NCBI RefSeq assembly: GCF_041146345.1
Contig: NW_027191410.1
Span: 558,001 to 622,000 of the forward strand
Source: Neodothiora populina
Lineage: Eukaryota
DNA: 64,000 nucleotides
Direction of reading: 5' to 3'
The notes under the pieces are model-generated. The model did not search any database. It worked only from the letters and a program-made list of their open reading frames with translations, and was not told the DNA's origin. Below are positions 9,410 through 23,000 of the stretch, piece after piece. The translations under genes were made by a program, and so were the position numbers. Every line of letters starts with the position of its first letter. The first letter of the stretch is position 1.

Positions 9410-12400
9410 CTAATCGACAAACCCAGTCAATGCCTCAGCCGCGCGACAAGCGACCCAGATATGCCATGGGACAGCACCAGTGGCATCCAACCCTCTGATT
9501 CTGGTCAGAAGACCTAGTCCCCGATACCAGTTCAGAACTTCCCTCAACACGGCATCGGAGGCTCTCGGCGCCAACCAGGGTGGGTATTGTTGCTGTTGTT
9601 GTGCTGGCTGTTGTTGTTGTTGTTGCTGCTGCTGTTGCTGTTGTCCTTGTTGCGTACCGCCCTGTGCGCCTACTGCTGCTCCCCCTGCCGTGTCGCCGCC
9701 CGTGGTCTTGGGTATGATGATATCGACAATGTCAACACCGAGACTGGGTAATGCGCGAGTTTCCATATTGCCGCGTTTGAGCAGAATGCCGCTGGCTAGA
9801 GTGCGTTTGAGCTCATACGGACCATGGACCGCAGAGAAAGGCAGCACGAGCCCCCATGTCTCGTCTGTGGCGTCGATGAGGTAGGCGTCTGGGTCAGGCG
9901 CTGCTGACGCGGACTCGGACAATGCTTGTTGTTGGTCGACTGGGGTCGAGGGAGCGAGACTGCCATGTGCTTCGGGAGACACAGTGAAACTTGCTGCTTG
10001 AGGCGTTGACACTGGCGTCAGAAAACCTACACCCCCTGCCGGCGAAGTGGCGGGGAAATTCGCTGTAGTAGATGTCGCCGAGATCTGCAACGTTGGACTT
10101 GTGTCGACTTCAAGCAAATGAATGATCCAGTTGCTGTTTGTCTGTTCTCTCCATACGTCCTTTTCCCAATTGCGCATGGCACCCACGCGAGCGACAAAAA
10201 TACGCCAGGTCGTTGTTCTCGCTAGACTGAGCGTCATGTCGCGCACCTCCCCGAGTATGTTCTTGCCATCCATATCTTTGGTGTAGAAACTGGTATTGAA
10301 CTGGTACCTGCCAGTGTTGTCGCTCCAAGCAGCCGTTAGCCAGCTACCGTCGCTACTGACGGTATAGGCGACGTGAAGAATCTGGGCTTCCTCGAGCAGA
10401 CTCTTTGGAGGGCGGTCGTTGAGGGCAAAGTTGATGCGTCGCGGCAAGGGTGTGATGAGCTGCACGCTGGGTGCGGACGGTATGACCCAGACAGACTTGG
10501 GGTCAAGGGGACTCCGCGACGGGATCCGATCGTAGACTTGACTTGCCAGCGACGTCAGCCACGTCGGCTCGGGAACGGGCAGAGCATCCCTGTTGGCAAT
10601 CCGATCGAGTGGTATGACTTGCAATACAAAATCAGACAGGATCTCATCAGCATCGGCGCCTTCAGCATGCGCCTGCTGTAGCGCCCAAAAGCAGCCGCAC
10701 AGGTATTTCGTAAAGGCAGGATCGTTGTCGAGACAGAACATGTAGACAATCACGGCGTTGTCAGCGTCGAGCGAAGCTTCATCGCGCAGTACCTCCCCTA
10801 AGCCTACCGATGCATGACGCATGCTGTCGAGTGCAGACCGCGCAGAAGCATCTCGAGGCAGCGGAAAGTTTACGAGACCGTCGCTGTTGTCCGGATAGGT
10901 GGGTCCTCGTGTATGGGTGCCGAATCTGCAGTTTTCGTAGGCTGATCCGATCAAATCAAGGAAATCCTCTACCGACCGGCTCATATCACCGCTCTCAGGA
11001 TATATGGCATATGCTGTGACATTCTTTGGTCCGCTGGCAGGCTCGAGACTCAAAGGCTCCCAGAACTTGACCGATGAGGGAAGCATTTCCCAAGCTGTGC
11101 CAGCTCTGCGTAAGTGCACAGACGGTGGCTGTATGGCAAACAAATGTTGTGCGCCAGCAGCACCGCCGGGCGTTCGCCGCGCAGGAGTAGGATTGGGTCT
11201 CTGTTGGTTCTTGGCGGCTGGAGTATGCTCTGCATGGACCGAGATGATGGACGCTAGCTTGCTAAAGTCACATGCTGCCGAGGAGGTGAAGACGTGCTCG
11301 ACGGCAGCCTTGAAAGCCGAAAGAGCCGCCATCAACGTACCATTAGAGTCTAAGACTTCCGCAGATGTGTCAGCCTGTCGGCTGTCGGACGTCTCACAGA
11401 CATGCCCGTTGGACTCTGTGTTGATACTCTGCTGGGCCAGCAATTGAGCAATACCGATCAAGTCTTCTTGTGTGAAGTCGAAGATGTCCCACATGTCGTC
11501 CATGTGGGGACGTGGAGATGTCAAATCTTTCCAGACGGCCGCCTTCTCCCCGAAACGGTGTTGACTCTCCTGTATATTTCGCTGGGGATCTTTCGATCCG
11601 TCACGAGATGTCAGAAGATCCAAGACGGCGGTGAGGTCTACGACGCTTTTGTCTTCAGAAATCGCACTTTCCACATCAGATTCAATATCCGTAGCTGTTC
11701 GAGGCGATTGGATCGAAGCGCCGTCGTCGCCCAAGAGGCGCTTTCGTTTGCCAACTGTAGTGGATGGAGCGACATGCTCGCTCTCACTACTCGAACAGTC
11801 ACCATCGGAATCGCTGTCAGAGCTCGAGGAGATGACGCTTTCGGGCACGCGAAGCCGCGCTGGAATTGCACGTTTGCCATTCGAAGACGCGCTTCTTGAT
11901 GGCAGATCGATGATACTGTGCGACCGGGTCTGTGTTGTTCTGGGAAGCGGTGTCGCCTCGGCGACGTGGTCCTGTGTTTCACGAGGTTTGCCACTGAACC
12001 GACCGGGCGTGCGATACTTGGCGTCAAAAGACGCTATGTCTTGTTTGAACACGACTGGCTGGAATAGACTGTTGCGACGCGACGAGTCCACATTCATGAA
12101 GCTCCTGTCCTGAACGTCGTCGCTGTCTTGAACTTTGGGCGAAGGCAGAAATTTCTGTTTGATCTGCAGAGGGCTCAGGGGTGGTGTCTGGATACGCTCC
12201 CGTCTTGCTTGCGGTACTTCATGTTGTTCCACTTCCGAGACATGCGGTGCATGGTGTGTCTCGACATGTTGAAAGTCCTTTGCATCCACCGCCGCAAGTT
12301 CAGTGTCATTATCCTCAAAGGGACCATCCGTGCCATTCATTCCAGAGACGGATGGAATATCCTGCGCCGTCGATGCAGCTGTGAGAGGGCCATCGACAAT

Positions 12401-14187
12401 AGCGGCACCCTCCCGGTGTTCATCTCCAGAGTCGGGGGCCCCGCTGTCCGGATGCAGTGTTGCGTTGGGCACAGTCTGGTCGAGGCGTGTGACTGGGCGC
12501 GTGTTGCTGGCAGCACGATCAGCATCATCGAAGAAGCTGAAATCAACGTCTGTCACGTCGTTGTCCCGAGCGCCAAACATTTCCTCATCCATGTCGCCGA
12601 AGAGTTCGTCGGTGCTGTCCTTCCGTGGGGCGCGCTCCTGTGGATCTGGCGGCATCGCATCACTTGGCCTGGCAGACGGCGGTAGTGGTGCTGCTGTCGC
12701 TGCTACTTCGTCATTGCTCATGGTAGGCGCAAGATTGACTTCCTCAGGGGCGCTGATGGAGGTAGCAGGCTCGTTGAAGGCTCCGGGGGGATTCCATCTG
12801 GAGGAGTGGGATACACACCGTTCAGAGCACTGGTCTCCTGGGTACGTATGTTCATGGGCGACGACAGAGACAGCTGATCCTGTTGCATGTCCACATCGAC
12901 AGTGTGGAAAGTCGGCGGATCTCTTTCAGCCATGGCCTGAGGCTCGGTCTGCGCAGTCATTGTTGCTGCGGCCGCTGCTGCCTCATCTCTTGCGTTCTTG
13001 CCAAGGAACCATTGTTCAGCCGCATGTAGAGGGTCGACATATGCGCTGGACGAGAGGCTGTCGGAGCGCGCGAGGTGATCCGATGCCGAGAGAGGTTGCG
13101 ATTGGTCAGACTTCTCGAAGCAAAGCTTGGAAGGCCACAGACAGGTGTGATCCCACGAAGCTGGCTTAGGACGGTCCCACGGGGATCTTGGAATCGAGTC
13201 TGCAATGGGCTTTTGGCTGGTGAGTCTGACCCTGGTCCAAGAAGCAGAGTCATCTAACGACGCCAGCGGGACGCCGACTGCATGTGCCAGCCTGGTCTTG
13301 ACGGAAGATTTCCATGCCTCCTCGCGGGATTTATGCGCCAACCTGGCTCTTGCTTCCTTCCGCAACTGGCGACGCGGCTTGTTCGTGTCGGGCTCGCCGT
13401 CTCTGGCGGACAAGGAGGACAAGTCGGAGGCCATGGCGGCTGAAGCGCCGGAAGGGGCCAGCAGGAGCGAGGCATCGGAGTCGGTATGGCGCGAGACAGT
13501 ACTGTATCGCGCGGGATAGGCGTCGGGCAACAGCAAGAGGGTGCCAATGGCGGTGATCTGGGTGCGGAGAGTGAGCAGAGAGTAGTGCGCCAGGACACCG
13601 GCGTCTTCTTGTTCGTTGTCGTCGAGGGTGGGCACGATCCATGTCAGATGGCCGACGCGCATGGCGCGACAATTGGTAGCAAGAGTGATGGTCAGAGACT
13701 CCTCGACGGCGGAGAGAAACATGCCGTAGATGTTCTGGTTGGTCAGGTTGACTTTCGCATCGGGACCGGGTCGGCTGAGGGAGGAGACATCGAGGCGCCC
13801 CGTCAGAGCCAGCGGCCAACCCAGGTCTTTCATGTATTCGGCGGCATTCTTGAAGCCACCGAAGACGCATATCTTCTTCTGCACGGCGGCGGACTGCACC
13901 AGCACGCTCCTGCCACGCAGCTCGAGGAGAATGGCGTGGCGCTCTTCCGTCCAGCTCGCCGCCGGCTGAGGTCTGGCCTCGGCAGCCTTTTCTGTGGTGG
14001 AAGAGGAGACATTGCCGCTGTGGTCGGACGGCGGTGCGGTGTAGATCTGGTACTCGATGGAAGCATAGCCCTCCTGCAGCAACTGTCAGCCTTGTTTGGT
14101 TTGTCGCGGTTGCGAAGAGGTAGAAACTCGAGACTCGGGACTCACAATAGCGTGGAGGTTTGTTGTGCAGGATTTCAAGAAGTCCAT
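9410..14187 (-). CDS. SSN2: Mediator kinase-module subunit Med13 (exon 14187-14146, intron 14145-14074; apparent frameshift at 12785-12790)
   Basis: Start MDFLKSCTTNLHAI; CLWPSKLCF; GVYPTPPDG; DVTDVDFSFFD; FWEPLSLEPASGPKNV; LHVAYTVSSDGSWLTAAWSD; PWHI C-terminus. Coding continues across two ORFs (12718-14082 and 9410-12721). Confidence 0.88.
9586..9652 (-). repeat. CAA/CAG polyglutamine tract in the Med13 C-terminus
   Basis: TGT/TGC trinucleotide run on +, encoding QQGQQQQQQQQQQQQPAQQQQQ. Confidence 0.9.
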
Positions 14188-14238
14188 AAGTGGGAATGCT
14201 TGACGGTGGTAGGCAACGTCGCGTCCATAGTCCTCCGC

Positions 14239-14245
<7 letters not shown>

Positions 14246-14279
<34 letters not shown>
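14246..14279. repeat. (AG)17 microsatellite, i.e. (CT)n in the Med13 5' leader
   Basis: Directly visible dinucleotide run about 60 nt upstream of the Med13 ATG. Confidence 0.95.
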
Positions 14280-14285
<6 letters not shown>

Positions 14286-14409
14286 GAGAAACAAATGCGA
14301 AGATGGAGCAGAAAGAGGAGGGTGGTGATAGATGGAGTCGAAGTGGGAAGGTGCAGAGGGAAGGATTTCCCTAAGCGGAGCAGAAGATAGTACCTAGTGG
14401 ACAGGCACT

Positions 14410-14442
14410 GTACCTTGAGGTACCTTGAGGTACCTTGAGGTA
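14410..14442. repeat. Tandem 10-mer (TACCTTGAGG)x3
   Basis: G-TACCTTGAGG-TACCTTGAGG-TACCTTGAGG-TA; each junction forms the palindrome AGGTACCT. Confidence 0.9.
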
Positions 14443-15411
14443 GAGCAAAAGGTAGTGTGCAGTAAATGATGGTCAAGTAAATACCTGCACCCACTCACAA
14501 CAGCTGGATAGACGATAGCTAATCCGCGTGATCGGGGATCTCTGCGTCTACAGGGACTTGTACTTTGTCTCGCACTCGCTGTCTCGCTCTTCTCGGCTTT
14601 CTTTTGTCTCAACAAGGGAAGACGCCAGGTGCACACGGGAATCTGAGCGCCGGAACAGTGTGTGGGGCTGATATCATTGCCGAGCCCGAGTATGGCAAAA
14701 CATGCTGCGAGTTGGCCCACGAGTATATGTAATGGTATCTCGCAGCGCACATATATGCACGACAGCAGTTTGTCATGACTGCAGGCAGGCGGCGAACAAT
14801 GAATGTTCCTGGAGGCACTGCTGCGGCATAGTGTGGTTATATACCTGTACACCTGGGATGAAAAGTGTGATATCAATGGACGCTGTCGCTGTGTCTTCAC
14901 CCCGAATACAAATCATCCGACACGCTTCTCCATAACGATGAGCTGCTCCATGAGTTGGTGGGACGCCTTGATGTGTACCTAGGTAAAAGCCAAAGGTACG
15001 ATACCCAAGGTAGTCCAAAGGAGCTTTACCAGTACTGTAGTGTTCTTCTCCCCTGCCTCGTCTAGTACCTTGGTTGAGAAACAAACAGTCGAGAGCGGCG
15101 GACTGAGTCTCGGCTAGTGTGCAGACTCCAGCATCGCTCCGATATGATACGTAAACATGTCATGACTAAGGTAGGTTGTACAAGGAAACGCGAATAACGA
15201 CTGGATATTCGACACGGAGACGAACAACATCCTAATTGATACTTGTGCAGGGTCTGCGGGGAGACTAGCGCGATGCGGGGAACGCGAATCAAGTGGCCTG
15301 TGCATCGGAAATCCAATGACTTTTTTCCCAAGAAATGTCAGCAGTAAATCTAGTTTGCCTGGGTATCTGATCCAATCCATTCGTTCTTTTCATCTCTCAT
15401 CACATCCCAAG

Positions 15412-17832
15412 ATGAAGTTGACCAACGCCTCGACGGTGCCGGTGTACACGATATCCGGCTCGTCGACCGCTCGTCCGCTACCGGAATGGCTGGCTCGCAA
15501 GAGGAAGAGAAGTCTGAAACAAGACGTGGAATACGCCAACCGCATCGAACTGCTGCAGGACTTTGAATTCGAAGAGGCCAGCCAGTGTGTCAGAGTCAGC
15601 GAGGACGGCAACTGGGTCATGAGCACGGGAACATACAAGCCTCAGATCCACACCCACTACCTGCCGCATCTGTCCCTCTCCTACGCCCGCCACACCAACA
15701 CCGTCAACGACACCTTCATCCTCCTCTCTTCAGACTACTCCAAGTCTCTTCACCTTCAGACTGACCGCTCTCTCGAGTTCCACACCCCTGGTGGTCTGCA
15801 CTACACGGCGCGCATTCCCCGCTATGGACGCGATCTCAAGTTCAACAGGAGGAATGCAGAGGCTCTCGTGCCCGCGGTTGGAGTCAACGCCGACGGCATG
15901 GGAGAAGTCTACCGTCTGAACCTCGAGGTGGGACGCTTCATGAAGAGCTACGAGATTGATGTGGGAGGTGACGACTTCTCCAGCATGGGCGGTGGCGCTC
16001 TGCAGGGAGGAATCAACGTGGGATCCGTCAACACGGCCGCAGTGGCGGAGAATTCACACAATCTTCTGGCTTTCGGCACCTCAGTCGGCACCGTCGAGTT
16101 CTGGGACAGTCGGTCACGCAGCAGAGTCGGTCTTCTTCGCCAACCTCAGAACGCCTTTGCTTCTTCCCTGGACGCAGACTCCCGATCCGAAATCACCGCC
16201 ATGGACTTCCACGCTTCCGGCCTCAACCTGGCGACTGGTGACTCGAATGGCATAGTCCAGCTCTACGATCTCCGTTCGCCCATTCCTTTGCTCACCAAAG
16301 ATCAGGGCTACGGCTACCCTATCCAGACCCTCAAGTATCTGACGCCCGCCACCCGTTCTGCCTCGGCCGTGTCGACGGAGAAGATCATGTCGAGCGACAA
16401 GCGAATCATCAAGTTATGGGACAAAGAGACGGGAGACCCGTGGACGTCGGTCGAGCCTGCAGTCGATCTGAACCACGTGGAATGGTGTCCCGACTCCGGC
16501 ATGTTGCTTACCGCAAACGAGGGCCGCCAGCAGCATGCTTTCTTCATCCCGCAACTGGGACCCGCGCCCAAGTGGTGCGCCTTCCTCGACAACCTCGTCG
16601 AAGAAATGGCCGAGGACGCTCAAGACCCCAACGCCTACAACTCGTCCGGCCTCGCATCGGCGACGGGAGCAGTTTACGACAACTTCAAGTTCCTGTCGAC
16701 GCAACAGCTGCGCGAGCTCAATCTCGACCACCTCATCGGCACGACTTCGCTGCTGCGTCCTTATATGCACGGATACTTTGTCGCGCAGAAACTCTACGAG
16801 CAGGCCCGACTCATCAGCAACCCGGAGATGTTCGAGCAGGCACGCGCAAAGAGCATCCAAGAGAAGATCGACAAGGAGCGCGAGAGTCGCATCAGAGGCA
16901 CGAAGAAGGGCATCAAGGTCAAGGTCAACCGCAAACTGGCCGAGAAGATGGCGGCGCGGGAAGAAGCCAACGAGCAGAGAAAGGCACGCCGCGTGTTGCG
17001 ACAAGGCGGAGACGAACCCACGCAGGATCAAGACGAAGAAATGGCAGACGCAGACGCAGACGACAAACTCAGCCAAGCCAAGGGATCCGACGAAGAAGAA
17101 GAAGAAGAAGAAGGAGAAGAGGCAGAAGACAAGCCCACAAAAGGCCTCATGGCCGACCCTCGATTCTCCAAACTCTTCCAAGACGAAGACTTTGAAATCG
17201 ACGAATACTCGCACGAGTTCGCACTCCAAAACCCCTCCTCCATACCCCAAGACAAACACTCGTCCTCATCGACCACCAAACCGCGCGGCCTCACAGCCGT
17301 CGAGCAAGACGCTCTGGACCGCGAAACCCGGCGCGCACGGAAACACTCTTCCGACTCGGAATCCTCTTCAGAAGACGACGACGACGACGACGACGACGAA
17401 GAGAACCTCACCGCCCGCCAACGCCAACGCACCCTCAAGTCGTCGGACGCAAACGAAATCAACAAAAACCGCATCTCCTCGACATCCTACAAGAAAGCAG
17501 GCCACAAAACCCAAGGCTCCGGTCCTCGCGGCCCACAGATGCGCGTGTCGTCGTCGAATCCCTCGGCGAACAAGCAGCAGAACAGAAAAGATCGCTCGTT
17601 TGGCTCTCTCGCTGCCGGGCTGTCGCAGCAGAGAAACAATGATGCGCAGAGAGTCCGGAAGGGCGGCGTGGTTGGCGAAAAGGAGATCTCTTTCGCGCCT
17701 GCTGCAACTCAGAAACGAAAGTTCGAGAGGAGAGATGGCGGTAGTGTGGGTGGAAATGGGGATAACGGACGTTCCGTCTCGAGAGGCAAGGAGCGTAGGA
17801 GTGCGTCCGGTAATGTGTTCAGGAGGATGTAG
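15412..17832 (+). CDS. ENP2: Ribosome biogenesis WD40 protein Enp2 / nucleolar protein 10
   Basis: RIELLQDFEFEEASQCVRVSEDG, TGTYKPQIH, FFIPQLGPAPKWCAFLDNLVEEM, VYDNFKFL, LLRPYMHGYF and NUC153-like DPRFSKLFQDEDFEIDE; intronless. Confidence 0.95.
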   Translation: MKLTNASTVPVYTISGSSTARPLPEWLARKRKRSLKQDVEYANRIELLQDFEFEEASQCVRVSEDGNWVMSTGTYKPQIHTHYLPHLSLSYARHTNTVNDTFILLSSDYSKSLHLQTDRSLEFHTPGGLHYTARIPRYGRDLKFNRRNAEALVPAVGVNADGMGEVYRLNLEVGRFMKSYEIDVGGDDFSSMGGGALQGGINVGSVNTAAVAENSHNLLAFGTSVGTVEFWDSRSRSRVGLLRQPQNAFASSLDADSRSEITAMDFHASGLNLATGDSNGIVQLYDLRSPIPLLTKDQGYGYPIQTLKYLTPATRSASAVSTEKIMSSDKRIIKLWDKETGDPWTSVEPAVDLNHVEWCPDSGMLLTANEGRQQHAFFIPQLGPAPKWCAFLDNLVEEMAEDAQDPNAYNSSGLASATGAVYDNFKFLSTQQLRELNLDHLIGTTSLLRPYMHGYFVAQKLYEQARLISNPEMFEQARAKSIQEKIDKERESRIRGTKKGIKVKVNRKLAEKMAAREEANEQRKARRVLRQGGDEPTQDQDEEMADADADDKLSQAKGSDEEEEEEEGEEAEDKPTKGLMADPRFSKLFQDEDFEIDEYSHEFALQNPSSIPQDKHSSSSTTKPRGLTAVEQDALDRETRRARKHSSDSESSSEDDDDDDDDEENLTARQRQRTLKSSDANEINKNRISSTSYKKAGHKTQGSGPRGPQMRVSSSNPSANKQQNRKDRSFGSLAAGLSQQRNNDAQRVRKGGVVGEKEISFAPAATQKRKFERRDGGSVGGNGDNGRSVSRGKERRSASGNVFRRM

Positions 17833-18449
17833 ACGAGCAGATCTTGTTCTTTCTCTGCATGTTCTTTTCTGTGGCATTTGTGGCGTTCCTTCCCCTTTTG
17901 TTTCTACGTTTCATAAACTATAGAGATGGGCAGCGCTTTGCCGTCGCACTTGTTGCTTATTCGGTCTCTCTATCTTATAGCTCATGGTGTCCATCAACAA
18001 GAAAAAGGTATGGTGTCCAAGGGAGTTGGCGGTGTTCTGTAGATACATGCAAAAAGCGTATTCATTCATCATCGTCATCATTAAGATATAGATCTCACGT
18101 CTAGTACTGTCTAGTACTCGTTCCTGCCCCATCCAGAACCATTTGTCTGGAGCATCCCTTTTCTTGCCGATCTCTTCTGTCTCTTTTCCTGGAATCTCTC
18201 TCCTCTTACTTAGATCTGGTTGTTACACACGCATCCAAGTCAGTTCCTTTCCTCGTTTCTTCTATGCTTTCACCAACGGAGCAGGAAAATGGGGTTCAGA
18301 AAAGATTCATCAATTTCATTATCCTGTTTGAGTGTCTCCGAGAAGAACAAAGGGGCACTTTTCCACCATCTACTCATGTCTGTCTTTCTCGTTCCGCTTC
18401 GCTCCGTATCTGTCTGTCTGCCTGTTGCCTACTCCTCTCCCGCATCCAA

Positions 18450-19621
<1,172 letters not shown>

Positions 19622-20016
19622 TTATTGTTGAAAATTGGAAGGTATGAATGTAACAAAAAGTGGTCTGATCAGGGTGGTGTGGTGGGGGTGTGGTGTTTGT
19701 AGTCAGGTGGAATTGCTGGCTGCGTCAGTCTGTTATTTGTATGGCGGGGTACCTTCAGGTACGAATGACTTCAGTGGGATCAAAGTGAAGCTTCATTGAA
19801 TGTGAAACACAGGGCCAACCTCGTCATGCCCAAAGCAAGCATTTATGCAGATGGAATCGATAATCAAGGTGAGTTCAAACAAGCCATTAGATATTCATCA
19901 TTTGATCGTTACCCTCTCTCTTCACTACTATCTAAGATATTGACCCGTAAGTCCTATGCCCTTTTCTAGCGCTATGATATACTATACAACAAATCAAGAC
20001 CATCTTCCAAGAAACC

Positions 20017-23000
20017 TCAAGAGTCCTCTTCTCCGCGAATCGCCGCCTCGTGCACTTCCCTCCTGACATCAAACAAAACATTGTCCAGTTCCCTGTACTC
20101 CTGAGACCCGAGCACAAGTGTTCTGCAGTCGGCCAAGATCGACCTGAGCCTCGCGATGATGCTTCTCGGTTGAGCAATCTTTCTTTCTGGCTGCTGCGAT
20201 GCCGCCTCGATCTCTGTGCGTAGTTGCGAATCTGCATCTTCGCTTCTGTCCTCTCTACTCGACTCTTCCACGGCTTCTTGCGATTGTGGTCGAGGACTCG
20301 AGTGTATCACCACAGCCTCTGCTGTACGCGTAGCTGTGCGGGGTACCTCAACAGTAGCATCGTCAGTGGAAGCATCTGTTGGCTCCACTGATGATGCCTT
20401 TCCCGATCTGCTTCTTGTGATTCTTGCTGCTTTCCTGGGTCTTGGTGTGCTTACGGCTTCCGTGTCATCACCTCCGTTGCTCAATGCTGATGACTTTCGC
20501 TTCAGTTTTGATCGCGTGCTCGCTGCCGGGGACGAATCCATCGCGTCAAGAAAATCGGATTTCATAGCCTTGCCCCTGGTACGCCGCGCAACTGAGGTCT
20601 CGCTTACTTCAGGCACAGCAGCTGGCTCAGCCACCGGTGCAGGAGCTAAGTCAGGGACTGACATAGAAGGCGGTGCAGAAGCTGGTGCGGATGACTCCTC
20701 GATCGCTTTCTCAGGCTTCCTCACAGCAAATTGCTCTGGCTGACTAGCAACGACAATGCACTCTGCGATGTCTTCATCGTTCTGGGATCCCGTCACCCAA
20801 GAGAAGATACGTTTCAGAGGAGAAGACTGCTTGCGTCGTTTCGCAGGTGTGGACTTTTGACTCTCGCTTCGTCGCTTGCGCTTTTGACTTGATGCCGGCG
20901 TCTCTGAGGCAGCTCCTGCATCTTGCCCAGGATCACCACCGGGTCTTTCAGGCGTTCTCGAGCGGGACGCAACATCGGCCATGGATTCGTAAAATGAGTC
21001 TTCGACGCTGCCGGTCTGCAAGTCTGCTGAGGCGACTTCGTCTCTTGGCTTTCCTTCTACCGCGTCCTCCATAACACCCTCTACAGACGCGAGGGTAGGC
21101 TCGGCTGGGCTATCAGAGAATCGGATCGGAGAAGAGCTTCCCTCATGGCCGAGTTTCTCCACAGAGTCGTCTGCATTTTCCCTTGTGTCTGCAATTTCGA
21201 CGTCTTGTTCATTGCCCGAAGGGTGAGTCGAAACAACGAAGGCATCATTCTTGTCTGTAGGTTGCAAATGTGATTCTTTTGTATCAGTAGTACCGGCTTG
21301 GCCATTTTCGGATCCTGCCTGCTGCTCCGGTTCTGCAGAGGTGTAGTCCATGTCACCTTTGACGTCCAGTGCCGGCATTTCAGCCTCTTCTTCAGGTTCA
21401 TCGACTACCTCGGATTGCTCGGCGCTTTCTTCCTGAGCATCAATCGAGTCATTGTCAGGTTGCCCATTGATTGTTGCACCTTCCAGGTCTTCAGATGTGG
21501 GCGGAGGAGAGGAGGGAATGTCGATGCTATCCGCAACGTCGTCAGGCGGTGGCGAGTCACCTCTGTATGCCTCCGCATCTCTGCCTTGCATTTTCTGGGC
21601 AGCTCTTGGCGTAGGCGACGAAACAACATAGTCATCCATTGGTCCATGCTCCTCGTTGTGAAGAGTAGGTGTTCTGTAGCCGTCTGTGCCCACCTTTCGT
21701 GCAGAGAAATCCAAAACACGCATGTGCGAAGCGGCAGCTGGGGATCTCTGACCTGGACTAGACGAGAAGTCGGGATAAAGGTTGGACATCTCAAAACGTT
21801 GACGAGACTGCACTTCTTTCTGATGGTCTGTCAGTAGTTGCGTTTCCAACTGAGCGTCCACAGGAGATGAGCTTTGCACAGCGGTGAACTCCAGCTGCGA
21901 ATTATCGTGACGAAGTTTTGCCTTCTGCTGAGCCCCGAATCTTCGTTGCCGCGGTGTAGACGAGCCGTCATGTGCTTCCGGCCGTGTACCATGTGTAGGT
22001 GTGCCTTTAGAAGCGGGAAAGATGATGTCCCGATTGAACCCCTGCTTGCTCGACTTGCCCTTCCGTCCACTTGGTGTCACCATGAGTTCAACTTTCCCAG
22101 TCGATTGAGAATCAACAAAGTCCCTGAGCGGCGATGGCTGATCTGCGGCACTCCTTGGAAAAGTTGGTAGGTCTAGTTCCACCAGTGGCTGAATGCGCCT
22201 GAGAGCTAGCTCTATCCTCGCCGGATACGAAAGCGAATCGAGCTGGCCAAAGGTCTCGTTCCAGTAATCCACCGTCACGTTGACTATCGCGCGGTGACTA
22301 CTGTTGAGACCAGCAGCGATCAGTAAATCCAGAGCTTTCAGTACGGTCTCGTTCGATGGCAATGGCTTGAGTGCGGCGACAACACTTTGCCACAAGGAAA
22401 GAATCTAATATCTGTGAGCTCTCTAGTCCAATGTTGCTTAAAATTCGCGTGGTCATACCTTGAGGGAAAGGTTGAGGAGTCTGGCCTCACTTTGTACAAT
22501 CAGTCGATCCTTATCGCCGATGACTAAAGCTAACCCTTGCTGCGTCTTATGTAGCGTGGCATGCAATTGAGACCCGGGGCTGCTTTTGAGAAAACCGCCA
22601 AAGTCCTCTGCGAGACTAGCCATGAATGTGTGACACTCGTCAAGCGCTTCGTACCCTTGTTGCAAAGCCAGATTACAGAGGCGCAGCAAGTGGATGTACG
22701 GCTCGAAGATGGCCTGCTTCGACGAAATGATGCCGGTGTTCCACAGTGCTTTCCGGCCTTCGTCCATATCCTGACGACCACGAGGCCATGAAGCCTTCAC
22801 AACGACCAAGGACGTCAGTTGTACGACAACAGGCGTTGGCAACCTTTGTGCTGCGTTCATGATAGCCTCAGAGATTGGTTCTATGAGACCTAGCACAAGA
22901 GCACCTTCACCTCCCTCCTTCCTCAACAGACTCACTGCAGTTTCGTATAGTTCCATCCACACAGGTATGCACGAATGATCAACGTTGGCCACATTGAGAC

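Noticed and set aside
14410..14442. CRISPR-like or transposon-terminal interpretation of the tandem repeats
   Set aside because: No spacers, 10-bp unit, eukaryotic context and no transposase anywhere in the window.
13331..14494. 387-aa minus-strand ORF overlapping the MED13 5' region
   Set aside because: GTG start, runs through the CT microsatellite and an intron, Arg/Pro-rich with no recognisable motif; a shadow frame.
16414..17923. Long alternative-frame and antisense ORFs over ENP2 (462, 281 and 259 aa)
   Set aside because: Low-complexity translations; expected shadows of a GC3-rich, repeat-containing CDS.
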